From the NCBI GenBank assembly GCA_965235115.1, contig OZ249445.1, positions 10,044,001 through 10,108,000 on the forward strand: DNA of 64,000 bases, read 5' to 3'. Numbering within the stretch: position 1 is the stretch's first letter; every line of letters starts with the position of its first letter. Positions 1 through 11,900 of this stretch are shown here, one piece after another. This DNA comes from Laetmonice hystrix (Eukaryota). A program made the translations under genes and the position numbers. The notes beneath the pieces were generated by a model that did no database searches, had not been told where the DNA came from, and worked only from the letters and a program-made list of their open reading frames with translations.

Positions 1-1890
1 ATTTGAAACCAAAGTTGTTTCTGAATTGGAATTATGAAGTTTACGACATTTGTGACATACGCCTACATGCATTCTCTACTAACCAACCCACAACAAAGAA
101 ATTTTTAAAAAATACGGACATGAAAACGGTTGTACCGTTGAAATACTATACATGAAGAAATCGCATCCTGGTCCAACTAGATAAGTCAGGCCATCGGCAG
201 CAAACGTGAACTCAAACTGGCGGCTAATATTTACTGAGATCCTGACAGGCTACACCCCACAAGAATACTACAAACCAAGATCAAACAACTTTTTATTTCC
301 TGGATCTTATTGCCTGTGTGGGCGTTATCTGAAGTATTGGTCTCGAATCTCCGTCTCTTCAAATAACGACAAAAAAGGGCCCCCTCATACATAAAGACCT
401 GAAACGTTATTTGTCGAGCTGTTTTAAATACCGGTACGAACAGAAAACAGCGCGCGTCTGTACTAGTCTCACCGGTCCGTCTTTGTTTTTTCACTTAACG
501 GTAACAGAATCGTTGGTCTGTGTGGCCACCAGCCCAGTAAGGAGGTTACGGTAACAAACATGGACGACAATTCCACTTATTTGATTACTTCCTCTTCCAT
601 GATGTAGGGGCCACCTCCTGAATGTGACCAATTCAGACAATGACCATGACCACTGTGACTGAAGAAATTTAAATACATATACATGTACATTCAACATTCA
701 ACACATGGCCTACTGGTTTGTTTAAACGGTACCGTGTAAAACACCACGACTGTTCCTGCATACGACCAGCCGTCTGGGGGAAAGATCATTTTATCAGATT
801 TGCGCGCGGTTCGAGTAGGAGGTTACATGGAACAAAATTAATTGTCCATACAGTTCAAGTCCTATAAATCACCGCTAAAACATTACAGGGTTACCTAAAC
901 TTCCGTAAACTTGTTAATATTCCCACGAATAATAAAACCCGGTATATTAAATAGAAACTGACCCAACGCTCTCCACCCACAGACAGCCTGCTTGGCCAGC
1001 GTCGCCACAGTTCCTCATTATACCACGAAAACCCTTTTAAAACCCCCTTGTTGTTGAGAGCATTGTAAACATGAATTCACCTGCATTAATACAATCTCTT
1101 TAAAAAAAAGGCGATGTAATTTGTCTGGGTGACGTGCGGAACGAAACCAAACAAGCCCCCTTGTGGTGACCCCACCCAACCAGTAAACCCGAGCAAGCTC
1201 CGATCAGACCCTGATTAACCGAGTAATGGCTCCTTCTGACACCGCCGGTATACATCCCAGGCGTCCCAACACATCCCCACCCTACCCCCACACACCTGCT
1301 GGTGACTATGTGAGCCTCTCACAGACACAGCGTCGATAAGCCGATCGGATTTATCAATTGACGGTTTAAATGTAAATCCTCTTATATATCCTATCCGGCA
1401 ACTGCTACATATTTCCTCAAAACTGATACATATATTTCAGCACTCAGGGTCTGTCTGACGAAGGTCTGGTTTTTAAAGATATAGTTAAATTTACCTGACC
1501 GTGAATAGGCGGCCTCTCGTTAATGGGGTCGTTATTAACAACAGACTCTTATGCATTCCTATTTATGTTAACGATATCGTTAAGACACTTCATTGACATT
1601 GTCTATCAATCCCAAAGCTCTACAGCGAAGTTTTTGAGTTTCCTGGCTGCAGGACCACCACGGTCCGTGTAATATCAGACTCGGTGGTTGTGAACCATTT
1701 GTAGGCCACGGGCCCTCACTAGGTCCCTCTCTACCTGAGCCACTGGGCGTGTGCTGTTTACGGTCTACAGCGTTCACAAACACCAGCCATGGGGGTTTCT
1801 GAGCCGGACGTCGGGGCCTGGGCTGAAGGCCGGCTTTTGTTACCGTCTGACGGCAGGTGTAGTGGAGCTTGGACAACCAACTCCCAGGGT

Positions 1891-2230
1891 TGACACCAAT
1901 CGGTCCTCGGTCTGACACCAGCAGTCTCAATACACCAGATCCCAGATCTGACACTAATCAGTCTCAATACACCAGATCCCAGATCTGACACCAATCAGTC
2001 TCAATACACCAGATCCCAGATCTGACACCAATCGGTCTCAATATACCAGATTTCATGTCTGACACCGGCGGTCTCAATGCACCAGATTTCAGCTCAGACG
2101 CCAGCCGGTCTCAAACTCCGCCCATCTCAAGAGACCAGCTCCAAGCTATGACACCCACTGGTCTCAATATACGAGCTCCCAGGCCTAACATCTGCCAGTC
2201 TAAACGGCCAGCTCCCATCTCTGACACTCT
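1891..2230. repeat. 37-bp minisatellite that degenerates rightwards
   Basis: Unit CAGTCTCAATACACCAGATCCCAGATCTGACAC(T/C)AAT starts at 1922, 1959, 1996 and 2033 (37-bp period), with diverged copies at 2069 and 2106 and more degenerate ones to about 2230. Confidence 0.9.
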
Positions 2231-2487
2231 TACACCTGGTTTTCAATGGTCCTTCGTCTCCATCTTATCAACTCAGTTGTGAAAAGTCATATCGGATCAA
2301 GGGTCAAACTGATGGGTCCATCTCACTCAATTTATCGGAATATACTGTGGCTACGATAAGTCTTATTGATGGATCCCTGCCTATAGTATTTTTGTCTGGA
2401 GCCTGTATTCTTACCTCAGCATTTATCTATAGTTATTCGCTCAGCAACTGCGCTATTTTCAACAACTTTCTTCGTATTTTTCTACGA

Positions 2488-2727
2488 CAGGCCTACTGAA
2501 CGGCAATGAAAACGCATACGTCAAAATGTATATATTTTCCTCACTAGTAGGATGTGTAAAGTGTTTTGGTTGAGAACCGGAATGTTCTCTTCTGAGTAGT
2601 CCATTCCGTTGAGTTACCCCATGCTGACCTGGCTTCTTGTTAAATATCAAATGTGACTATTCCTTTCAAATAAATATTTTAGCTATATTTTCAGCCTAGG
2701 CGTTTTCATTGCCGTTCACTATGCCTG
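2488..2727. mobile_element. MITE with ~33-bp TIRs (CAGG...CCTG, hAT-like ends)
   Basis: Left end CAGGCCTACTGAACGGCAATGAAAACGCATACG; right end reverse complement CAGGCATAGTGAACGGCAATGAAAACGCCTAGG. No TSD is visible. Confidence 0.7.
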
Positions 2728-5624
2728 CCAATAGCTACCAATAGCTGCCTACCATATAAAGATTGGGCATGAACATTATGTTGTGTATACATGTAGGCCT
2801 ATATGTACATGTGTATACGTGTGTGCACGCACGTGTCTATGCATGTTAGCATTCCTGCAGATATTATAGCAACTCGTGCGGATGTCAGTAGACAACATGT
2901 ATGCGCCAACTGACACACTTCTGTCATCACCAGCTGTGACAGCACGGAGGTTATAGAGATCGGATCCTGTATTGGTGGCTGGCCCTCAAAGTGAGTCTGT
3001 GGGGGCTTCCCATCAGGTCACATGAGGTCAAACAGCTGGCTGCTCATTGTGACACCTCCCTCCTCCTGCACCACCTGACTCGGTGACCTCCCGCCTGCTT
3101 CATCTGACTGCTGACTGTGCCTGACCGTCAACTCCATCCTGTAGCGCCTGACTGTCACCTCGATCAATCTGTCGATGCCGTAGCACCTACGCACTGCCCA
3201 CCTCGTGTAGAGTGGGGATCTCTGAGCTCAGCGGTTGTGCTGTTATAATTAACGAGCAGGTCACAGCTCCCCGCTGTCACCTCCGTGTCATGGACGTGAT
3301 CCCACGGACACTCCGTGCGTCAGTCCCTGATTAACCAGCATCCAATGACTCGCCAAGAATTGCTAGGTGCTCGTTTCCTGTTATCCTGCAACGCCCACTC
3401 ACAGAAGTGCTGGCAAATACGGATCTGCCACTCCACCGTGTTTCACAGTACCAAATCCCCTATAGATTCACCCCTAATAGCCTTTTCCTCCATCAGGTAG
3501 GGCCCTCTCGCACGCGTCAACAAATTACGACATTTCCGGTTTGACCACTAGATCTTTTTCATCAAAATAAATGTTATGGACCTATGCAACACTTGGGGAT
3601 GCTTACGGAGTGACGAAAACATACAGCAGTGTATAGACAGAAAGATTGTCCAATAATACATATTGCCTAGTCGTGCACATCATTAACTGGTGTATCCCTG
3701 CACCACAAAGGCTATCTCCAAGGACGTCACCTGAGACAGTGTCTCACTGGAGAACTGAGGGGAACGCTCACAGGCACCCAATGACCTCTAACTGTCTTTA
3801 TATAACCTCCCTCTGGGCGACATATTTAGCCGGGATCAGGTGAATAACTAGCTACAAACAGACATTCTCCTGTACTCCCGTATTCTACAAATCTACTCAG
3901 TTTTACAATGGCAGCAACATTTCTGCTAACACAATTAGGCCGCCCATAACAAAGAGTACCCTTAACATTTTAGCGGATTTAATGTCAATACCCCCATTGC
4001 TTCACAGTGATGTTATATATTCAATTCACTGTATGATAATTCTTTGGGTGACAATAAGGACGGTCTATTTGTCAAGGTACCTCACCATCTTTTTCTATAC
4101 ACTTCACAGAAATGGCTCTCAAAATAGTTTCTCTGTTTGGCTCATTTTTAGATCTGATGAAAGTAAGTTAATAAAAGTCATAGTAAATGAACCTTGATTT
4201 CAAACAAAACATCAGCTACAACAAATCAATTGTCAGCCATCAGTCTCAAAGACTGTGAACAATGATCCATTATTTATATCAATGACATTTTTCTTGGAAA
4301 ATAAATAATGCGGACAGGCATTGTCTGGCAGGTTCTTGTTATGGTAGCAAGTGTTCTTGAGGTCACCTTGCCTACTGGAAGTAAGGAGCCCCCCCCCCCC
4401 CCGCTCCAGCGGCTGTCCTTGAGTACATATGGGTTGTGTACTTACACTGACACAAAGAACCGTCTGATGGAGGGTTGTTTAACCTTCCGTGGGAGGCTGA
4501 ACGTGATGTTCTGGTTGTAGTCGTGGAGTTTCTGGAAGAACATGCTGCCGAAGGTGGAGGTATTAATAACATGGACACCTTTCACCATCGTCTTCTTACT
4601 TCAATGGTGCTGAGATTTTCTCTGAACAGGTGGCCGCCGGTTGTCGTTGTTTGGCTGAATAAGATCGGTTTCACCCTTACATCCCTGGATGAGTTATGTA
4701 GCGGCCACTTCTGCGCTCTCATCCATAATCAATAGTCATCCAATAAGTGGCAAGATGTAGGCTGTTAGGGCAGTATGATGTATGTATGTGGGTAGTGATG
4801 GCGGTTTAGGTCCTGTACGTGCTGACAAAGAGCAGTGAATGCTAGCAGGCACGTCCTGTAGTTGTCACCTTCTCAGCTATCAGAATCAGCTGTCCTCCCT
4901 GCTCGCCGTCTCTACCGTTGTTTTTTTGCCCGCGCGTTCCTTCACTCCACTCTGCCAGCTGGCGGGTCATGGACTGCCGCACGTGCTGCCTCCTGCCCGC
5001 CAAGCCTCCAGTTTGAGCCAATCAGGGCGCAGCAGGACACTTGCACTGGCCTATCGGTGGATCACCTGACTGGCTAAGCTCCACCCACTGGGTGGTTTGT
5101 TGACAACCCACTGTGCTGGTATACAGGCAGAGTAGGGAGCGCTTTGCCATCCACGCCACCATCCATATCCTCTCGCCACGTCGACCTATTCCTCATATTA
5201 ATGAGTCTGCTGGTCATCTAGTTCTACCCTAGTCATCTAGCTTGGCTCCTGACCAGAAATCTGTGGCCAGGTTGAACAGCAGGCCAAATAATAGTGGCCC
5301 AGGTCAAATATAAGCAACCTGTGACACAATGCATGGAGCTGGATAGCTAACCACAAAATACACAGGAAAAAGTTGTGTCTCCATGTTCACTGCATGTTAT
5401 AAATAGGGTTTCTGTGGAAAACGACAAGATTTAATGAGGATACATTACTTGGGCACCGGGAAAGCTGAAGCGGAATAAGCTAAACTGGGCAACTGTCCTT
5501 CAATCAATATGGTCCTACAATTACCATATATGGCTTGACGTAAGAGACCAGAGATTTTACCATCAATTCTGTTATTCAGGACCGTTAGATGTATTATTTA
5601 TGTGCTGAACAACCTCGGTTATAC

Positions 5625-5660
5625 CAAAGAACGTATACCGGGGCCGGTATACGTTCTTTG
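5625..5660. repeat. 36-bp palindrome flanked by 7-bp direct repeats (micro-MITE-like)
   Basis: 17-bp perfect arms CAAAGAACGTATACCGG / CCGGTATACGTTCTTTG with a GG loop. GTTATAC occurs at 5618-5624 and 5661-5667. Confidence 0.75.
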
Positions 5661-7432
5661 GTTATACAACAGTCTTTTTGGAGACTACTAGTGAGCGGGA
5701 AACATGACTTCCGATTCCATATATGTATGTCTTTGTGAAACCGACTTTCATTTGGTTATTTAATTCATAATCATCACGTGTTCCTCACAATTTCTGATAC
5801 GCCCCCCCCCCCCCCCCAATAATGACCGGTGTAAAGGTGTAAGGAGACAGTGAGCTGCTCATTCGTCACCTCACGTTATCCTTGACTCATTCCCAACAGG
5901 GCCGAGCGAGGATCACGTGAACGACAGGACGGCCTTCTTAGAGGATATCCAACCAAGAATATTGGGATATGACCCATCCCATTATTCTTAATCCAACCAA
6001 TCGCAGTACTTTTAGCAGACTTAAACACAAGAAAATTCTCTCAAGGACTAATCACGTCTCCATTTTACCCTTTTAACTAGGACTCACAGAAGTTCGATCC
6101 AGTTTTTCTTTTAGTACCGATGATTCTATATATCAAAAATATGGTTAAAATTGTTCATTCCTGTTACAGAAATTTTCAGCGTTAGTAAATGTAAATGAAG
6201 AATGTTGAGAAACGGTGCAACAAACTTAGACAAGATACAATCATGTTGTCAATAATGATACCTCTTTATTTGATATACCCTTTGTTCCCTTAAACCATGG
6301 ATTTCCTTATAAAAAAATTATCTTTAACACATTATTGCTCAAACGGCCTGCATATATCTGGTAAAGTACCGAAACACAAAAAAGTGTTTAGGTGTGTCAT
6401 TTTGGTAAGTTGATATAATACCCTTTTTACCCCTGTACAAAGGAGAATGACAACACTGCCGTTAGTCATAGGAAAATGAAGAAGCTCGAGCCTCGCCCGA
6501 ACGCCCAGCCACGAGCCGCTGACTGTATACAATACAGTCGGCATGAAATTGTTTCTAATCTCAATTTGACGTGGATTATTTCATAATGAAGTCTTACAGG
6601 GCGTCTGGACTGGAGACATAATCTAGTTGATATTTTCTATCTCGCTGATTAATCCGTTTTCTTATTATGCATTTTCTTAATGAGTGTCATTTTCCTTTGT
6701 GTCTCTTGCTTTCTCACTGTCACATTTCTTCACTTAGAAAAAGCGCAATCTAATAACCGTGACATATAAACACTGTGAAAGAAAGAAGAGACCACGTAAA
6801 AAGAAAATGCAGAGACAGTGAGATTGGCAAACCTCCCGTCCTGCCTGCAGGGCCTGTGATGTTTGTATATGAACAAAGAACACTGTCTGATATTGATCCT
6901 TGTGTTCCGACCAAGGTTGGGAATCCGCTTGTGCTACAACTTAGGTGGCAAAGACTCTACTTTTGTCGGGTGTAAAAATACAATATGAACTCTCATTTGA
7001 CGGCAGACGATGACAGCCAACACCTCCGACGAGGTAACAAGGCTTTTCTTTCATAATATGAAAGAGAGAAAGCCATTTTTGGCATAACACATTGGGTTTG
7101 GCAAGGCTAATAAGATTAGCCCACCAGTTAGAACAGTGAGTCACCGCTATAGACTAGGCTATGACTTCACCACTGACTTTCAATAATCTCCGTACATTCT
7201 AACACGATAAGCTGGCTTCTGCAATGGTAAATATTCTGTTCGAGCTCCCACGAATGTTAGTCACATGGCCCTCAGCATCTGTCTCTGATTCGGGGGGGGG
7301 GGGGGCATCTTCCTAACACAAACCTACCACCACAAGGTGGCCTGACCAGATCTAGTCTGCCAGTCTACGATAGTTAATTACGTCTCCCCCCAGCTGGGGG
7401 AGACGTTTTGTTTTGCACGCTGTTTCTGACCG

Positions 7433-7440
<8 letters not shown>

Positions 7441-7475
<35 letters not shown>

Positions 7476-7476
7476 T
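7441..7476. repeat. (TTTC)n microsatellite
   Basis: Read directly from the sequence; lies inside the HINE-like element. Confidence 0.9.
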
Positions 7477-8714
7477 GTTTCTTTTATTTCCTTCTTTTTG
7501 GAATAACTCGGCCACTGTTAGAGAGGGAGTTATCAAATTTGAAATGCCCCGACAGAACCTTCTGAAAAATCTTTGTTTCTAATTATAGTGCCATTTGACC
7601 TTTGACCTCTTCCGTGGCACGAATGTGCCAACTTGTGCTGTGATCACGATAACGCGAGAAAAATAGCCTGAATCGATCCAAAATTGGTATGTCGGCCTTC
7701 TTTCATCCGGGGCTTGGACAAGTTCGATAACCAGTTTGGTTGACCTAGAACTTTCAAGATGGCGGCTGATCTAAAAATAATGGCACGTGCCATTTTTTTG
7801 CCAAAGCCATAACTCGGAAAATACTGGCTGGAATAACATCAAATTTGGTCAGCAGGGTCATCTATGTGCCAAATTTAGATTTCCCGGAGGACACGTTCGT
7901 GTGACCCCAGATGACCTCTGTGTGACCTTCAACATTTTCGAAGTGGTTGGGCGCTTACTTGACATCAGCCCAAAAACTACCGGGGCTAGAAAGTCCTAAT
8001 TTGGGGAAAAGACAACTGTGGATATTTTCTCGGGATTTTGCTATTTTTAGCACTTCATGACCTTTGACCTCAGTACCGTGCCAACCTTAGAGAAGCCTTT
8101 TATATCTCCCAAACCCCTGACCGTATCTTTATGAAACTTGGTGGAGAAGAATCTCCAGGTCTTTGCCTATACCGCTACACTAAGTGTTATTCTCTACAGT
8201 TAATAGTTTCCGACTTATGTGGCCGTCTTTCCGACACACAGCCACACAGCGTAAAACGCTCGCGTGTCGCGTAAACAAGGGTCCACCACCACTCGGTCAG
8301 GGGTCGTTGCCCGGCAACAAGGTGCCTGACCTCGCCACGCCTGCATCTATTTATAGGAGGTCAGATCCTAAGCTGGTTCCCGGCTCACTCGCTCTGGGGT
8401 CGACGCGAGTATAGGAACCGGTAACACCTACTGAGAGCTTGGCTGTCATTGGTCACACTCCCGTCTTTGATAGCTCGCTTATTATTGGCTTATCTAAAAA
8501 TACATTAAGGATGTGCCTCTGTGATGGCCGCGCTGCCCATATTTTATCTTCTTCTTATGCCGGCCAACGACACCACCTTCTTCCTTTCCTGGCACATTTT
8601 GACGCGTCAGGCAGTATCAAGCAGTCGGTATAGCTTAGTCGAACACGCACTACCATTATCACAACCCTTTCATTCACCCAAAACCGCTTTGGACTACCGC
8701 ATATTACCCCGGCC

Positions 8715-8907
8715 CAAGGGTGTAGCTAGGGGGGTTTCCGGGGTGGCTGGAACCCCTCCCCTCCCCAAAAAAGAAAATTAATAGATAATTAAGTAACTAA
8801 ATAGATCTATATGAATGACTAATATTATGGTTCCCCCCCCCCCCCCCCCGCATCTCAGTTGGACCCCCCCCCCCCCCCCCCGCATCTCAGTTCTGCCTAC
8901 ACCTCTG
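8715..8907 (+). mobile_element. MITE family A, copy 1 (CA...TG ends, poly-C tracts)
   Basis: Imperfect TIRs CAAGGGTGTAGCTAG / CAGAGGTGTAGGCAG (reverse complement). The core AATTAATAGATAATTAA-TAACTAAATAGATCTA-ATGA-TGACTAAT is shared with 50214-50363 in inverted orientation. Confidence 0.7.
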
Positions 8908-11900
8908 GCCGCGCTACTACTATTATTATATCGTGTTTTTTTTCATAGAAAATCTGCTATAGCTCGCAACACATTACTTTCAGACTAGTTGGGTCAAACA
9001 ATTAATAATGTGATTGATTTAAAAAAGGGGAGACGTCCTGTTCGGGCTGAACAATTTCTAGTTACCTATAGTGTCTTCATTATCTGGTGAGGTGGGTCAC
9101 CAGCAGGAGTTTACATGGGAGGAACTGGCTGAGCCTACTGGCAGCCGACCACCTACATGGGTACTGGCCCCATGGTCAGTCCATGGGCGGCGTGTGTCAC
9201 CCTCTCACAGTGGGCCCAGGGAGGAGGGACACTCTGGTACTTTCCTATAATAATAATATAGCACCACCAAAGACGAAATTCTAGGCGTACGCCTCAACGA
9301 TTCCGTAACAATCTAATATAAAAGATTTTAAAAGTAGTCCACTAAGGAGTGGAACCAAATCAATAAAGGGTGTTATTGTTTCTCACCATCACATATTAAT
9401 ATTTCTTGGCAATTTTGGTTTACTCGCATTTGCTTCGTAAAATCTAGGGGACGATGACCTTTCGACCTTTGTAGCTAGGCATTCTGCTTCACCCTGTCTA
9501 TACGGACGCCGCAGGGGGTGGGGTCTCCAAGGCCCTGACTCCTGCTCACCCCAGCACCAACGCTGACCACAATAATGGTTGGGGGGGGGGGGGGGGGGGT
9601 AGGCATCAACTGCTGGGCTACGATATCAATACCAGGAAAAGACGTTAACAGACAACTGGTTCCAAAATGAATATTCTTGATTAACATTCTGATCATAGAC
9701 GTAGATATTTCTACGCCTATGATCTGATCAATCCGTCTTTTGTCCCTCATCGGGAATCCTAAACAGACCGCCATTTGCTGCCACTATCTGTCCTAAATAT
9801 TCTCAACCCATTCATCCCCGCCCGCCCTCAAGTCACCAGTCACTTCCGGTCCGTACTTGAACTCTCCACAACCCACCTGGAAGTCACCATTGTTATTGAC
9901 ATGTTTACGTGCACCACTGACCTATCTATTACTTCTCCTACCTGGTATAATATATACTGTATAGTAGTTTAAACTACACAAACAAAATGACCTGGTCTCA
10001 GACCTACACCTGTCCGTGTTACTCTGCTCTAATTGTTCTGAGACCTATCTTTAGTTCCTTGCACCAATATCGTTTTATTGACCACAGTAAATAAATTTTA
10101 TTGATTCAATGTTTGAATATCTGATCTTCTTCAATTATGAGCTATGATCTTGTGATGCTGAGTAAATCTGATTGCAGATTTCTATCAGGCAAAACTCTTC
10201 CGACCAACTTGTCCTTGGAGAGAGGCCTTCCAATGGCCGCACCCCGAGCTGTAGCCTGGGATGCTAACCTGATCATTGTGCCTCCTGCTCAGCCTAGATC
10301 CGACTGGATTCGGTCCGGATTGTCCCAGATCAGCTGTCATCAAGTCGGTGTGATCAGTGATTGCTGCGACAGGCGAGCACGGCGCTTGCCCGCCGTATTT
10401 TGAGCGGGCCGGAGCCGTGTAATGAGGCCAGTTAGTCAGCTCTGTGTATGTGTGGGATTCGCCCCGGGAGATGAAGCAGAAATGGCACTGCCAGCTGGTG
10501 AATAACACCTCAGTGAAATGTAAATCACGAGGGGGAGGGGTTGCTATAGCGGCCTGTGGGAACAATCAGGATTATGTACAAATGTGAGCTGCGAGTCATG
10601 TCTCACTCATAAAATAGTCACCAAAATCGAGAAATAATTATTTCTTTTTTTCACGATACATGGCCAAGTTAGAACCAGGGGGCGAGCATTTCAATTCCAA
10701 TTGTTTATCCTCGTTTCTTTATAATTTCTGTAATATATACTACTTAAAGAGATCTAAACAACTTCCTTAAAACACCAGAACACCCAGATACAGGTCGGAC
10801 CTACATTGTAACCTCCCTAATGACCAGACACCTTGAACTACAGACACAGTTCTCTCCTCTATGCAGGTGTACCCACGTGTAACCTACGTCAGTACTTGAC
10901 TCTTCTTTTAACACCCCCCCCCCCCCCCTCCAATTACGGCAATAATTACTGGCACTCTGGGATCAGATGTGGTAGGTGATCACGTATGGTCGCCAAAGCA
11001 GCCAGGTAGAGAGAAAAGGCCTTTATGTAACATGGACAATGCCCAGTTAAGGACATGACTTCCTTGTATTCTGGGTCATGTGTTACGGTTGCCTGTTGGA
11101 CCCATGAGAGAAAACTTCGCCTCGGTTTGCGCTTTGATATCTGTTCCAGATCTTAACAACAACAAAAAACGATGCTCCTTTTGGGACGATTTCGAGAAAC
11201 CGAGCGGTCAGCCGTCCTTTATTTAACTTTCGTCATGCATTATGATATCAGTTCTCATTCTGCCCTGGTGAAGGCCGCACGGTATCCGTACCTCCGTTCC
11301 CATGGTAGTAGGGGCAATGCGGCCGCTCGGAGGTCCTATACCACCGCTGAGACTGGTGGACACGAAACATACAAGTTCCCCCCTCCCTTCCCTTCATTTT
11401 AATTTCGTGAAATTTTAACGCCTCTTTCCAATATCTGTTTTTTATATGCTGCAGAATGATGGTAGAGGCCAGGCAAACCACTGCCTACCAACGTGGTAGC
11501 AATTCAGATACGTATACTGTGACACCATTGTGACCAGATCTGTGATAAAACCGAAACTGGTTCATGGCAAATGTTCCGCTGTCAACGTCTAAGATTACAT
11601 GTTCAGTTGTCACCTTTATTATTCAAAATGTATCGTTACGTTTATGAAAGGCCGATTCGTTTTGAGCTGCTTCAGTAACCGCAACATCACTGGCCTTGTA
11701 TCAAGTTACTCATGAGTCATAGATTATTTCAGTCCAGGGGAGGGGGTTGATGTATGTTATCCTACCGGAAATATATGTTGGCACAGAAATCAATGGTTGA
11801 AGCACCTATAGTGTTGGTAATGTGTCAGAAAACATGCCTGAGGGGCAGCCACTATAGCACCTGAGGATGTCCACCATCCTCAGTCAGAGAAACATGATAC

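Larger units (their letters stand above)
7374..9063 (+). mobile_element. Non-autonomous Helentron-associated (HINE-type) element with a nested MITE
   Basis: 5' CGTCTCCCCC-CAGCT-GGGGGAGACG palindrome (7381-7405), (TTTC)n microsatellite (7441-7476), TGACC-rich body, 3' subterminal inverted repeat GGGGAGACG (9027-9035), stem-loop TGTTC-GGGCT-GAACA (9039-9053), terminal TTTCTAGTT. This matches the established HINE layout. Confidence 0.65.

Noticed and set aside
491-697. Minus-strand acceptor-like site followed by a short open frame (HSGHGHCLNWSHSGGGPYIMEEEVIK*)
   Set aside because: Too short, no recognisable domain, and no upstream exon could be joined to it.
3010-3215. Minus-strand open frame of about 65 codons (YTRWAVRRCYGIDRLIEV...FDLM*)
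   Set aside because: No good polypyrimidine acceptor and no homology that I recognise.
6517-6550. Hairpin GCTGACTGTAT-ACA-ATACAGTCGGC followed by TTTCTAAT, resembling a HINE 3' end
   Set aside because: No matching 5' end or subterminal repeat was found.
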